Of a DNA stretch of 64,000 bases, positions 22,101 through 33,100 are shown one piece after another (positions within the stretch are counted from its first letter, which is position 1; each line of letters begins with the position of its first letter). The stretch is from Ostrea edulis (taxonomy: Eukaryota): contig NC_079165.1 in assembly GCF_947568905.1 (NCBI RefSeq), positions 3,658,001 through 3,722,000 of the forward strand. Direction: 5' to 3'. A program made the position numbers and the translations under genes. A model generated the notes under the pieces. It saw only the letters and a program-made list of their open reading frames with translations, was not told the origin of the DNA and searched no databases.

Positions 22101-23897
22101 ATGACATCACAGGAGGGTGGAATTACTTTAATTATTTCTGTTTAAAAATAATTTGGTCGACGTTATTGGTTAAAATTGGACAAAATAGTTTACACACTAA
22201 AACAAACAAACAAAAAAAGCGTTAGACTTTTATAAATACTACTAAAAAGCTATTTTTAACGAGTGCTCGACTATGAAAAAGCGATAATCGAGTACTTGTT
22301 GACATCCTAGAATTAACCTTATATTTTCACTGAAGAGAAAACATATGCATGTAAACGCCGTCATTATTCTTACCAGAGAGAACTATGGCGAAACTCACGG
22401 AACTGAGAAAAGCTCAACAGCTGCTGGTAAGCGAGCAAGGCGTCAACAGATACAGCATGAAGGGTGGTGCTGATTACGCAGCGACGATCTTTTCCAGCTT
22501 AAAGCCCAGAGGTGTCATATTTGTAAGCAATTATCAATTCTTTGTCGAATACATATAATATTATTAGATAAATGAAGTTCAATATTCCTTATCAGTGGCA
22601 GGTCCATAAATTTCTGAAGAGGGGGGTAAAAGGCTGGGGATCTGGGGGCTGTCTTAAAGCCCTCGGATGGGTCCAGGAAGAAGCCATGGTGGGGATTTAG
22701 GAGGCGAACTTAAAGCTCTTGAGTTCTGACAAAATAAGACTGTATATTTTAAAGTGTTGGACATTTCTATAAGATATCAATCATATTTGTGAAAGGGGGG
22801 GGGGATGGCTCGGCCCGCCGACTCTGGATCCGCAACTGCTTATGACGCCATATGATTAACGGGTATTTTTGAAACTACTGATATTGTCAGTAAATGTCTT
22901 CTTTTACTAGAAACATCCTCTGCGATATACAGATCGAAGATGCAATTGGAGGCGTTGCAGGATAAATTATAGGCGAAGAACATCAAGACGAATGTGGCGG
23001 AAATTAAGGAAAATTAATAGAAAGTCACATGACCGGAAACTAAGAAGACGGAGAAAACAAAGAAAATACGTTCGAAATCGATACAGGAATACAAGATCCA
23101 GATCACGGGGTAGACGAAGGGGATTGAAAAGAAGACAGAGTCGCAGAAGAGGACGGGTTCAGAGAAGAAGGCAGAATTACAGAAGGCGGAAATACAGAAA
23201 ATTCAGGAAAATGTATAGAAAGTCACATGACCGGAAACTAAGAAGACGAAGAGGGAGAAAACAAAGAAAATACGTTCGAGATCGATACAGGAATACAAGA
23301 TCCAGATCACGGGGTAGACGAAGGGGATTGAAAAGAAGACAGAGTCGCAGAAGAGGACGGGTTCAGAGAAGAAGGCAGAATTACAGAAGGCGGAAATACA
23401 GAAAATTCAGGAAAATGTATAGAAAGTCACATGACCGGAAACTAAGAAGACGGAGAGGGAGAAAACAAAGAAAATACGTTCGAGATCGATACAGGGATAC
23501 AAGATCCAGATCGCGGGGTAGACGAAGGGAATTGAAAAGAAGACAGAGTCGCAGAAGAGGACGGGTTCAGAGAAGAAGGCAGAATTACAGAAGGCGGAAA
23601 TACAGAAAATTCAGGAAAATGTATAGAAAGTCACATGACCGGAAACTAAGAAGACGGAGAGGGAGAAAACAAAGAAAATACGTTCGAGATCGATACAGGG
23701 ATACAAGATCCAGATCGCGGGGTAGACGAAGGGAATTGAAAAGAAGACAGAGTCGCAGAAGAGAACGGGTTCAAGGAAGGTGGAATTACGGAAGAAGGCG
23801 GGTTTACAGAAAAGGACGGAGTCAGAGGAGAGGACGGGTTCACAGAAGGCGGTGGGGGTACAAAACAGAAAAAATTGTTTTAATGGTTTTCAAGTAG
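19160..23897 (+). CDS. Predicted secreted arginine-rich repeat protein (~369 aa if 19160-19304 splices to 22933-23897)
   Basis: Exon 1 MQEKCIIFILAVLSCVAFYRSDG... has a signal-peptide-like core and phase-1 donor AG|GTACAG. Acceptor ATACAG|AT at 22933 joins in frame to DRRCNWRRCRINYRRRTSRRMWRK... AATAAA at ~23913. Splicing is inferred. Confidence 0.6.
19420..19915 (+). mobile_element. RTE-head short retroposon with 12-bp TSD, interrupted by a MITE
   Basis: TCTTGAATAGAA flanks both ends; same family body as 14403 and 28660. Confidence 0.85.
19444..19658. mobile_element. 215-bp MITE, 11-bp TIR TAGCTGCAGAA, 9-bp TSD
   Basis: TSD GGTTAGAAT at 19435-19443 and 19659-19667. Confidence 0.92.
20749..21757. 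mobile_element. TTAA-site non-autonomous DNA transposon (Kolobok-like), ~21-bp TIR
   Basis: TTAA|ATAGACACTACAGCTCATTTT ... AAAATGAGCTGTAGTGTCTCT|TTAA. The flanks rejoin as TTCCTTAAACAGC, found uninterrupted as the reverse complement at ~42575-42590. Confidence 0.75.
21152..21310. mobile_element. CAGTGGCGGAT-type MITE nested in the TTAA element
   Basis: CAGTGGCGGATCTAGG...CCTAAATCTGCCATTG. Confidence 0.7.
22593..22838. mobile_element. CAGTGGC-type MITE
   Basis: CAGTGGCAGGTCC...GGATCCGCAACTG with G-rich interior. Confidence 0.6.
22992..23897 (+). CDS. Arg/Lys-rich, protamine-like ORF (301 aa from first ATG) built on 68-aa repeats
   Basis: Only one frame is open across the purine-rich array. 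Each unit has 31 Arg, 8 Lys and 5 Tyr in 68 aa. Confidence 0.7.
   Translation: MWRKLRKINRKSHDRKLRRRRKQRKYVRNRYRNTRSRSRGRRRGLKRRQSRRRGRVQRRRQNYRRRKYRKFRKMYRKSHDRKLRRRRGRKQRKYVRDRYRNTRSRSRGRRRGLKRRQSRRRGRVQRRRQNYRRRKYRKFRKMYRKSHDRKLRRRRGRKQRKYVRDRYRDTRSRSRGRRRELKRRQSRRRGRVQRRRQNYRRRKYRKFRKMYRKSHDRKLRRRRGRKQRKYVRDRYRDTRSRSRGRRRELKRRQSRRRERVQGRWNYGRRRVYRKGRSQRRGRVHRRRWGYKTEKIVLMVFK
23010..23770 (+). repeat. 204-bp coding tandem repeat, ~3.7 units
   Basis: ATGTATAGAAAGTCACATGACC at 23211, 23415 and 23619; a diverged first unit starts at ~23010. Confidence 0.95.
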
Positions 23898-24887
23898 TAC
23901 ATGTAGTTAACAAATAAAAACCAAAGGCATATCGAGAGCAGAATGTTTTTGCTGATTTTGTCGCTTTTATACGAGAATGTAAATTTTGTCTTCGAAAACG
24001 GTCATTCAAGTACAATTACTTTGTTTCGGCCTTGAGTATCCACCTTGTGTTTCTAAATCGTACCAATATTGTATTGTTACGGATTCGTTCACGTGGTTTT
24101 GTTGTCTAAAACAGTAATTCATCGTACAACTCATCTAACTTCGTTTCGACCTTGAATTTTCAAATTATACCATTATTGTATTTTTCCGGATTCTTTCACG
24201 TAATTTTCTCTTCCAAAACAGCAATTCATTCAGATCCATAATTTGTTGACTCGCTTTGGTAAGCTACCCACGTTGGGTATAAAGTATAGAGGTTGCTTAT
24301 TTATTTCTGAATCCTCAGAAGTGCCACTCATGCCAGGATAATTCCAATGATCATGGAAAGTCAATAAACAATCCCACACTGGTGAAGAATACTAGAAACA
24401 TTTTCAGTTGTAGTCTGTCGGGTGAATGAACAGAACAAGGCAATATGATATAAATTTATTCATGTGGTGAACTCTTTGCACTACAACATGCGATGCAAGT
24501 GTAAAATAGTATGTTGATTTTTTAGAAATACAAGTTTTGGTTGTCCAGTGTGGTGGGAGATTTCTAACACTCTTCGCTATTATTACATTAATACATAATA
24601 TACAGAATATATATATATTAGTAATACATTGATTTGAACATATTTTATTGCATAACTATACAAAGGTATTTGTTACAAGTTCTAGCAACTCGGAAAACCT
24701 CTCTCAATCGTTTAATCTTTATGATCAATATAACAGATTGAACTAGAACAGTCAACAATGACCAAGACATGATCTCAAATACGAGTACATGGACAACCAT
24801 CGTGTTCATAAAGCAAAACAAAGTTCATCTGATTTTTTTTAATTAGCCGTCTTGCCTCTTCTTTGAACACTTATTGTTTATTCCAAG

Positions 24888-25127
24888 AATAAGCAGATTT
24901 CACTTGTCTCACAGAATAAACAGCTTTCACTTGTCTCACATAATAAGCAGATTTCACTTGTCTCACAAGCAGATTCCACTTGTCTCACATAATAAGCAGA
25001 TTTCACTTGTCTCACATAATAAGCAGATTTCACTTGTCTCACAGAATAAGCAGATTTCACTTGTCTCGCAGAATAAGGAGTTTTCACTTGTCTCACATAA
25101 TAAGCAGATTTCACTTGTCTCGCAGAA
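24888..25127 (+). repeat. 27-bp minisatellite (AATAAGCAGATTTCACTTGTCTCACAT), ~9 units
   Basis: Visible periodicity; one unit is internally shortened. Confidence 0.93.
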
Positions 25128-25249
25128 TTATTCGCAAATACTCGTCACTGTGGAATGAATACATCTATGCTTCGTTCATGATTGGCATCTGCAGGTTGAG
25201 ATCTGAGTTTAAATTCGATGGTGACGAGTAAGCTACAGCCCCGTCCTTG

Positions 25250-25357
25250 TTCTCGTTCGGTTTTTGCGGTCTCATCGGAAGGACCTCTCCATTTAGTAAC
25301 CTCTTACGACAAGCAAGGGGTACTGAGGACCTATTCTAATCCCGGTCCTCGCGGGAA
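25250..25357 (-). mobile_element. RTE-head short retroposon, 5' part
   Basis: Reverse complement of CCCGCGAGGACCGGGATTAGAATAGGTCCTCAGTACCCCTTGCTTGTCGTAAGAGG. Confidence 0.8.
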
Positions 25358-25854
25358 TCAATTCTTAATTAATTGGAATATAATCATTACTAGAAATAAA
25401 TATGACGAGATCATGGGAATCCCACACAGGGTGAGTTTTCATGGATACTAGGGACTTTACTGGAAATTCCGCCAAACGATTGTCAAATGAGAACTTCTTT
25501 ATATCTTAAGGTTTAGAGGGATATCATACGTGGTTATTTGGGGGTGATCGTTGATAAAATCTCTTGCTGTGGCCTTCATCTCGACATATAGATATATCGA
25601 CGACGGTTTATCTATTTTCACTTTTGAGAAGTGGGAGAGTGTGTAGCTGTTGATTGATTGATACATATGGAGGCGACATCGTGTTTTGTCTTTAGAAGGA
25701 ACGATTAAACATGTAACTGTAATGCAAATGAATTATTTAGGTTTCATGGATTACTATACATGTGAATTAAGTCATTCCAAAATTGAATCTGTCGAGCTTG
25801 ATCATTAAAGTGAATTTCAATAATAATTTTCATTCAAATGTCGATTCGATATAT

Positions 25855-26560
25855 CGGTACGAGATTGATCACTGATCGTTATCTTCACCTTGCATCCCAG
25901 TGAACTCAAAATAAAAGACACCACAGAGTCGTCCACTTCTGCTTCATACTTGGATATTTTATTGAAAATAGATATAAACGGCAAACTAGCAACTCGACTT
26001 TATGACAAACGGGATGATTTCAGTTTCTCCATATTTATGTAGCAATATTACATTATCACCTGCATATAGTCTTTTGACTCTCAACACAAGAGCTTGTTCT
26101 GCGTATGGTCAATTTTTAAATCGAAGCAGGCTACTGACAAACAAGTTGATGGTGCAAAGGTTTCAACAGTTTCGTTTAAAGTAAGCATTTCGCAAATTCT
26201 ATGGTCGTAATAACGATCTAGTTTGCCAATACCACGTTTCATTGGATCCAATGCTGTCTGACGTGTTTCATACCGATTGTTTGGCTGTTCTTGGCACACT
26301 GATTTTGACTACGGATAACTCCGTTTACGTGATCAAAATATAGGGCTCACGGTGGGTGTAACCGGTCGATAGTGGATCTTACTCCTCCTGGGCACCTGAT
26401 CCCACCTCTGGTGTGTCCAGAGGTCCGCGCGTCTTCAATAAAAATGGAAACCGGAAATATTCATATCTTGTGATCAGTCATCCAAAAATGACTTAGTTAA
26501 ACACCACTCTGATTCTTCGCACAAGTACTCTGAAGTTGATATTAAAAAGATCCTCATTGA
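25855..26560 (+). mobile_element. Penelope-like retroelement fragments (RT C-terminus, 3' UTR, plus an upstream RT piece)
   Basis: [44 protein letters not shown]..., family 3' UTR GGCTCACGG(C/T)GGGTGT(G/A)ACCGGTCGA. Confidence 0.85.
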
Positions 26561-26599
26561 CAATACCTATGATCTTTGTGATACGCATTCATCCTTGAA

Positions 26600-27700
26600 A
26601 CTCAATTAATGGTATACTTTCTTCATCGTCGGAATCCTCTCTTTGCTTTTTGTTTATAGCGTATTGTACGCTTGAGTGATTCCGGGATTTCGCCCTCCTC
26701 TAAGGATTCCTTGTCTGTTGGTGGTACGATGTAATTTGTTCTATGCGTCGCCCGTTCTTATTCTTCGATGAAAGGGATTGGTCAGCAAGTCAGCCGGGCG
26801 TAACACTTAATAGTTGTTCCGTCAACTGATCTTTCACAACAGAACTGATTGGTAAAGTTTATTTCTTGCTACTGTTCTTTAGGTATACCGTAGGTATACT
26901 GGATCTCCTACCTATAATCCAACGTCTTCACCCTTTTTGGTGGCTTTCCTTTTCTCTATAAACCACCAAGAATGTCTTGTTTTGTTCTTGTAGGTTTATC
27001 TGGTGTTGGTCTTCTCCAGGGTATCAATGGTTTTAGTAAGGTGTCCACTGGTAGTGCCAGATCGCGATTGTACAGCAAGTAATATGGCGAAAACTTGAAT
27101 GATTCATTTGGGTGAAATCTTATCGCGGCCAATGTTTGATTTGATTAAACACCCCACGTTTGGACAGCATCTACCCTCTGTGACGTAAAGCGCACGATGA
27201 AACCTGTTCACCCTCCCAGTTCCTTCTGTGCTGGAGTATGACGCAGTGATGTGATTTTATGTTCAACTCTTTTAGAGTTTCGCATACAGTTTTATTTCCT
27301 TTTCCGTGCATTACACAACCATATCTCGGGTAGATTTCTTTTAGAATAAGGTGAACAATGTTATTGGCGGACTCGTTAGGGACTGGAAATGCATATATCA
27401 ATGATATGATATATACTTATTTCCTGATAAAGTGGTCGCATATGAACCTGATAAGTCTAGTCCTACCTTAGTGAAAGGAAATGGGGGTATGTCTGTTTCT
27501 TGGAGTGGTGGTTGAGTTTTCTTACTACTCTGGGTCTTGCAGACTACGCATCCTTCTACATACATATGTAACTTTTTTGTACAAGTTTGGCGTATAGTAT
27601 TTGGCTTTTATCATGGCATGTTCTTATCGACATACATATGACCTAGACTATGGTGATGTATATCACTAAAGATTTTAATTTTCTCCGGACACAGAGTCTT
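26600..27700 (-). mobile_element. Degenerate Gypsy/Ty3 integrase remnant
   Basis: Frameshifted pieces: LQETDIPPFPFTKVGLDLSGSYATTLSGNKY; YAFPVPNESANNIVHLILKEIYPRYGC; NQTLAAIRFHPNESFKFSPYYLLYNRD. Confidence 0.85.
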
Positions 27701-27959
27701 AGATGTGGAATCGGAGTTTCTATTCAAAATAATTATGAACAAGAACTACCTTTTTAACAACCTTCTTTTCTTCTGTCATCGTTGCGGTACCCTTTGCTAA
27801 TGTATTCCTAAATTTTTGGATCTGAATGTTACTTTTTTTTAGCCTTCTGTATACCAATTTCCTTGGGAAGACGTACGAAGGGTTCTCAATCAACTCATCT
27901 GTTTGTTTGACCTGACAACCAGTCAATTTTTTTTTTGGTGACAGCTAGAGGCATTCGAA

Positions 27960-28200
27960 TTAAGAACATATATTGCAAAGAAATTGTCCCTGCAGTCGGG
28001 CTCATTGTCATCCGGGTCTTCCTCTGCTTTGTTATCTTTGATATCAACGGACAGGTCACGCCAGCCGTGAGTCCTATTTCTTGGTCAGGTAAACAGTAAT
28101 CCGTAGTCAAATCATTATGTACAGAACGACCTAACATTGGTATGAAACACACCAGATAGCATTCGATCCAGTAATAGCTTGTATTTGCAGATTAGATCAT
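27960..28200 (-). mobile_element. Penelope-like 3' fragment
   Basis: Reverse complement of the family 3' UTR (GACAGGTCACGCCAGCCGTGAGTCCTAT...GGTATGAAACAC). Confidence 0.7.
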
Positions 28201-28659
28201 TACAAGGACCAAAGCGAGGCCGTCACATAAATATCTACTAATTCGTGTTGCACCAGCGAGTCCATTTCTTTATCATCATCCTCATTATTCCTGACGTCAA
28301 GTTTGAGTATTCATTTGGCTCCCTTGTAAAGTGTAGGAACATGACTGTGACTCTGGCATATTTTTCATTTGATTATTTTGGACTATAGCATTTTCCCCAT
28401 ATTCAAACGCCCCATTTAAATCTAAGATGCTTTTAAAGCCACAAAGCAAAAAGATTTAGAGTAACATGGTTTTACCTAATTGGATTGTCGTCCTTGTTTA
28501 ATGGCTTTATTTAGTTTTAAAAATAAATAGAGAAATTTTCCAAAAATATGATATATAGATCATATACATGTATCTTATGGCTGTAATTTCAAAGATTTAG
28601 AGGCACTCCTTTTGCGTAGTCCTGTTTTTACGCGCTACCGGTCTTCTTTTGAGAGGGGT

Positions 28660-28905
28660 TCCCGCGGGAATCTGTGTTAGAATAGATTCTCAGTATACCT
28701 TGCTTGTCGTAAGAAGTGACTACATGGGGCGGTCCTTCGGGTGAGACAGCAAAAACCGAGGCCCGGTAGCACAGCAGGTGTGGCATGTTAAAGATACCTC
28801 CTTGCTCATAGGCCTAAATTTTGCAGTCCTTCATCGGTAATGGTGACGTCTCCATGAGTGAAAAGTTCTAGAAAGGGGCGCTGAACAATATACAATTAAT
28901 AAATC
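28660..28905 (+). mobile_element. RTE-head short retroposon with 12-bp TSD
   Basis: TCTTTTGAGAGG flanks both sides. Confidence 0.82.
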
Positions 28906-29002
28906 TTTTGAGAGGACCTTTGATTCTGGTTACGGCACAAAAAAGAAACCCCGTATAACCTCTTGACGGATTTAAAGAGTTTTGGTGGGGTTTTTTTTTG
29001 TT

Positions 29003-29040
<38 letters not shown>

Positions 29041-30136
29041 GTTCTCTATTTAAACAGTTTTACAACTCGAAAAAAATTAATGAACTTCACATCGATTTCT
29101 TTATTTATCCATAATAAACAAATTTCAGCCAGTATTTTTGACATGTATATAACATAATTTCTTTATCATGAACAGCATAGGGGAAAGTTCCTCTCAAATA
29201 CTTTGCACATGTATACTGGTTTTATTACATAAAATGACCAGGAATTATTTGGGGGTTTTGCAATGAGCTAGTCAGGACAATTTTATAATGATACCCATTT
29301 AATAGAAAAAAAGAGCACACCTGTACGATGTCAATCTTGTTTGTGTATTTTGATGCATAAAAAAATATTGTACAATGTGATAAATTTACATTTTTTTTCT
29401 TGTGTGCCAACATATGGTTTTATTATATTCATTTTTTTTTCATACATATATATTTTTTCTTTATAATAAAATTGTTCAATCAACTAAATGTACATGTATA
29501 TCAATGTGAGTATGATTTTAATGACATTTGTATAAATGACATAGACCTATTCAATAACTTCCCATTTCTCTCTCTCTTTCTCTCTCTCTCATAAAGGAAG
29601 TCCTCACAATGTTTAGGGAAAATTTACTCGTGAGTAAAATTTGTAAAAAGAAATAAATTACCCCCCCCAAAGGTACTATTTTAGCTTTTTATTGGGACAC
29701 ATCTTAAAATCCATCCAATATTGTGAGAGAAAATTTGTTTTTCGAGAGAATACTAGGACCGGTGTGGACATGTCCCCACTAATTTACATTTTGTTTCTTA
29801 AAGTGTGGGTCATGTTTATGTGTCCTCCGTCACCATAAGTACAAAGTCTTTGTCCTCATAGTGCACTTTGAACTGTCCTCACAATGCAGGTGGGCTGTTT
29901 AAAAATTGCCCCTGCTTTCCGTGTTTCATCAGCTTTCTCTGGTTGTCTGCTTCATCAGCTTTCTCTGGTCGTCTGCTTGCGCGCCCTCTGGATCCACTTG
30001 CAGTACTGTAATCGTATACTTTTATGTTCCATTCCGCTAATTTAACCTCAACCGACATTATAATGTAACAGGCGTCAGATTACTCGATAGGTAAATCTAT
30101 AGAATTCAGTTACACACTAGTTAAGGAAATAAAATC

Positions 30137-33100
30137 ATGGATGAGTTTCACAACTTTTTCATCGAACACCAAACTGTTATTACAGCAAGCGCCATCACAG
30201 GTAAATGGTATCTAATTATCATATGTAATTTACTTGAACATCGCGGTCACGGTCATAACAGAACAAAGTGATTTTTAAAACAAAGTATGGAGTGCTGTTT
30301 TTGTCTTATTGGACGCATAATATACCCCCACTATTGTCGAATGATGTGCTGTTGAATTATTTTAGCTATTTTATGGTAAAATTTATTTTTAAAAAGTAGG
30401 ATTGGGTAGCAAGCAACTTTTATATACACCCCTTCTCCATACACAGATCAGGTATTAACATTTTTAAGTATAAGAATAACATCATACCTGGTATTTCATA
30501 AACGGAGGTTTTATTAAGGTATGGTATAAAATGACGATTACTTATCAACATCATTCTTCAATATTTTTATGTATCTTTAGATATGAAAATATTTTCTGAT
30601 ATCGGAATTTGGCATTCTTGATAACAAAAATTATTTTCTGATATAACTGATATCAAAATAAATTTTTACATTTTGTATGAAAACATTGTCCTACATTTGA
30701 AAATTAGCACCGTTAAAGTTTCCGATATCAAAGAATGCCTCTTTATTTTACTACCAAGTAGTATATATAGTTTATCGTTTACAATCCCATCCCTATGAAA
30801 TAGGCATATTAGATTTGGAGAAATATAGATTGACCCTGGTCAGCATTAAATTAGATTTTACTGTATAGGTTATTAGCGGGGTACAATTATTATGATATAT
30901 TAGCATTCAAAGGACAAGATTATAGTGCACAAGTATACAGTTTGCTTTTCCACAATGAAATGAAAAGTTTTCGAGTTCAAATGATAAAAAATCTTCCACA
31001 AAAATGTTAAAAAATTAAAAAAAAAAAAATGAATAAATGAAATAAAATTCCACAAAATGTTAAGATAATCGCGCTGAAGAAAATAACCACCCCCACCACC
31101 CAAAAAACCCAACTATCTGCCAAATAAAACTTTTGATCGCCATTCTTTTAACTTCCGCCAGAATATCTAAAACACCATTCAAAATCGGATGTGCACGCGC
31201 AGAGATTCCACATATATCGTAAGTACGCTTTAGGCGTTCAAATTATTTTTTAAACATTTACATCTCCAATTTACCAGAAAAGATACATTGAACCATCTGA
31301 AAATTTCTTATAAAATATTTTCTTACCCGTTAGTAGACTTTTCCGGTAAAAATAAAAAAAAAGTTGAATGAAAAGTGAAGATAACGAACAGTGATCAATC
31401 TCATAATTCCTGAAAGGAATACAAAGTTTAGAGTTGCATAAACATGGACCCCTGGATATACCAGAGGTGGGATCAGGTGCCTTGGAGGATTAAGCATCCC
31501 CTGTTGACCGGTCACACCAGCCATGAACCCTCTATTTTGATCAGATAAAGAAAATAATCCGTAACCAAATTCAACTTGTAAAGAATGGCCTAACATTTAG
31601 TATGAAACACGTCAGAAAGCATTTGACCTAACAATATGTTGTATTCGCACATTTTAAAGATCAGTATTATAACGACTCTAGAATTTGTGAAATGCTGACT
31701 TCGAACGAGACTGATGAAACCCCGTAACATCAACTGGGCATGATCAAATTTTAAATCGAGGCAATCTACTGAAGATTTGTCAGTAGGTTGCCTTGATTTT
31801 GAAAAAATTATCATACGCAGAACATGCTCTCGTAGATCAAATCTCTTGAGAGACATAAACACCATATACAGGCGATAATGGAATATTGCTACATAAATAT
31901 TAGAGGTTGACGATGGAGAATCTGAAGTCAATCTGTTTGTCATAAAGTTAAGTTGTTATTATATAGTTTGCCGTTAAAATATATGTTCACTTTTTACGAA
32001 CGCTTGGTGAAAGAATAATAGCTGCCTTTCATAAGAACTCAAAGCCTGGAATTGAGCCTGCGTCATCAACACACGAAGCGAGTGTTCTACCAACTGAGTT
32101 TTTGTACTGGTTTGAAGGAGCATGACAGTACGGTAAAACAACTGGCATATTTATATCAGAAGTGTCGTATTTTCTCACCTAAAACAAAGTCAGGCATCTT
32201 AAATACCTTTTTACATATTCAACATTTTTCTCACCTAAAAAGACATTTTCTATTAGATGATGGTTTCTGTATGATACCTGATGCAATGTATTTTAGATCA
32301 TGTCACTGCACACGTCGAGCCCTGATAAAAATCCTCGGTTCTTAAGGTCTCAGACTAAAGACCAAGGTATTTTGAACAAACATATCGAACTTTGTTTTGA
32401 AAATTTCTGATGCACAGACAGGTATACGTGAATGAGTAGTAGATGTCGTCCTCGTTTTACTCGTATCCCTCTCCTACTAAAAGAGTGATTATCACCTTCG
32501 CGAAATTTAGTACTGAATAGTTTGGTCCTCGTTCTTTTAAACTCGCGCCGAAACCACTTGTTCACATTCAGCGAGGCTGGGTTCCTCTTTTTTTTCTGGT
32601 GGTTGCCCACTTGAACAAATCTTTTCAGTTTCTATACATGAATTTTAAGGAAATGTTTAGAAGGGATTGTGTAGCGTCCTGTTTCAGGATACAGACGTAT
32701 GCTGTCCGGAGGCTATCAGCAAGTCAGCATTCCCCGGAAGTTCAATACATGTATACTGAGCATGCTTCGATTTCCTTATGGACAAAACGTAACCCTGTAA
32801 TGGATCACTGGGTATATAAAGTCTCCTTTTTATAATCTTTTTCAACACACTTGAATTTCCTACAAAATTCTTTCACTGTTCTCCCACGGTCCCTATCGTT
32901 ACCATATTCTACGACTATTGCCTTCTTTAATATTAGCCATGTCGTCTGGATGGTGGCAGTCTATTTCCATGGAGATAACATTATCATTTTCCCCGCGACG
33001 ATCTCATTTATATATACAACTGACAACTCAACTGTATGACAAACGGGATGATTTCAGCTTCCCCATCGTCAACTTCTCATATTTATGTAGCAATATTCCA

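Noticed and set aside
22992-23897. Calling the Arg-rich ORF a known protamine or PL protein
   Set aside because: No winged-helix H1 core and little Ser/Ala/Lys repeat character. The possible signal-peptide exon argues against a nuclear protein. No symbol assigned.
32350-32850. GC-richer segment with short ORFs in SDR paralog 1 intron 1
   Set aside because: No recognisable motif; probably an old TE remnant but cannot be supported.
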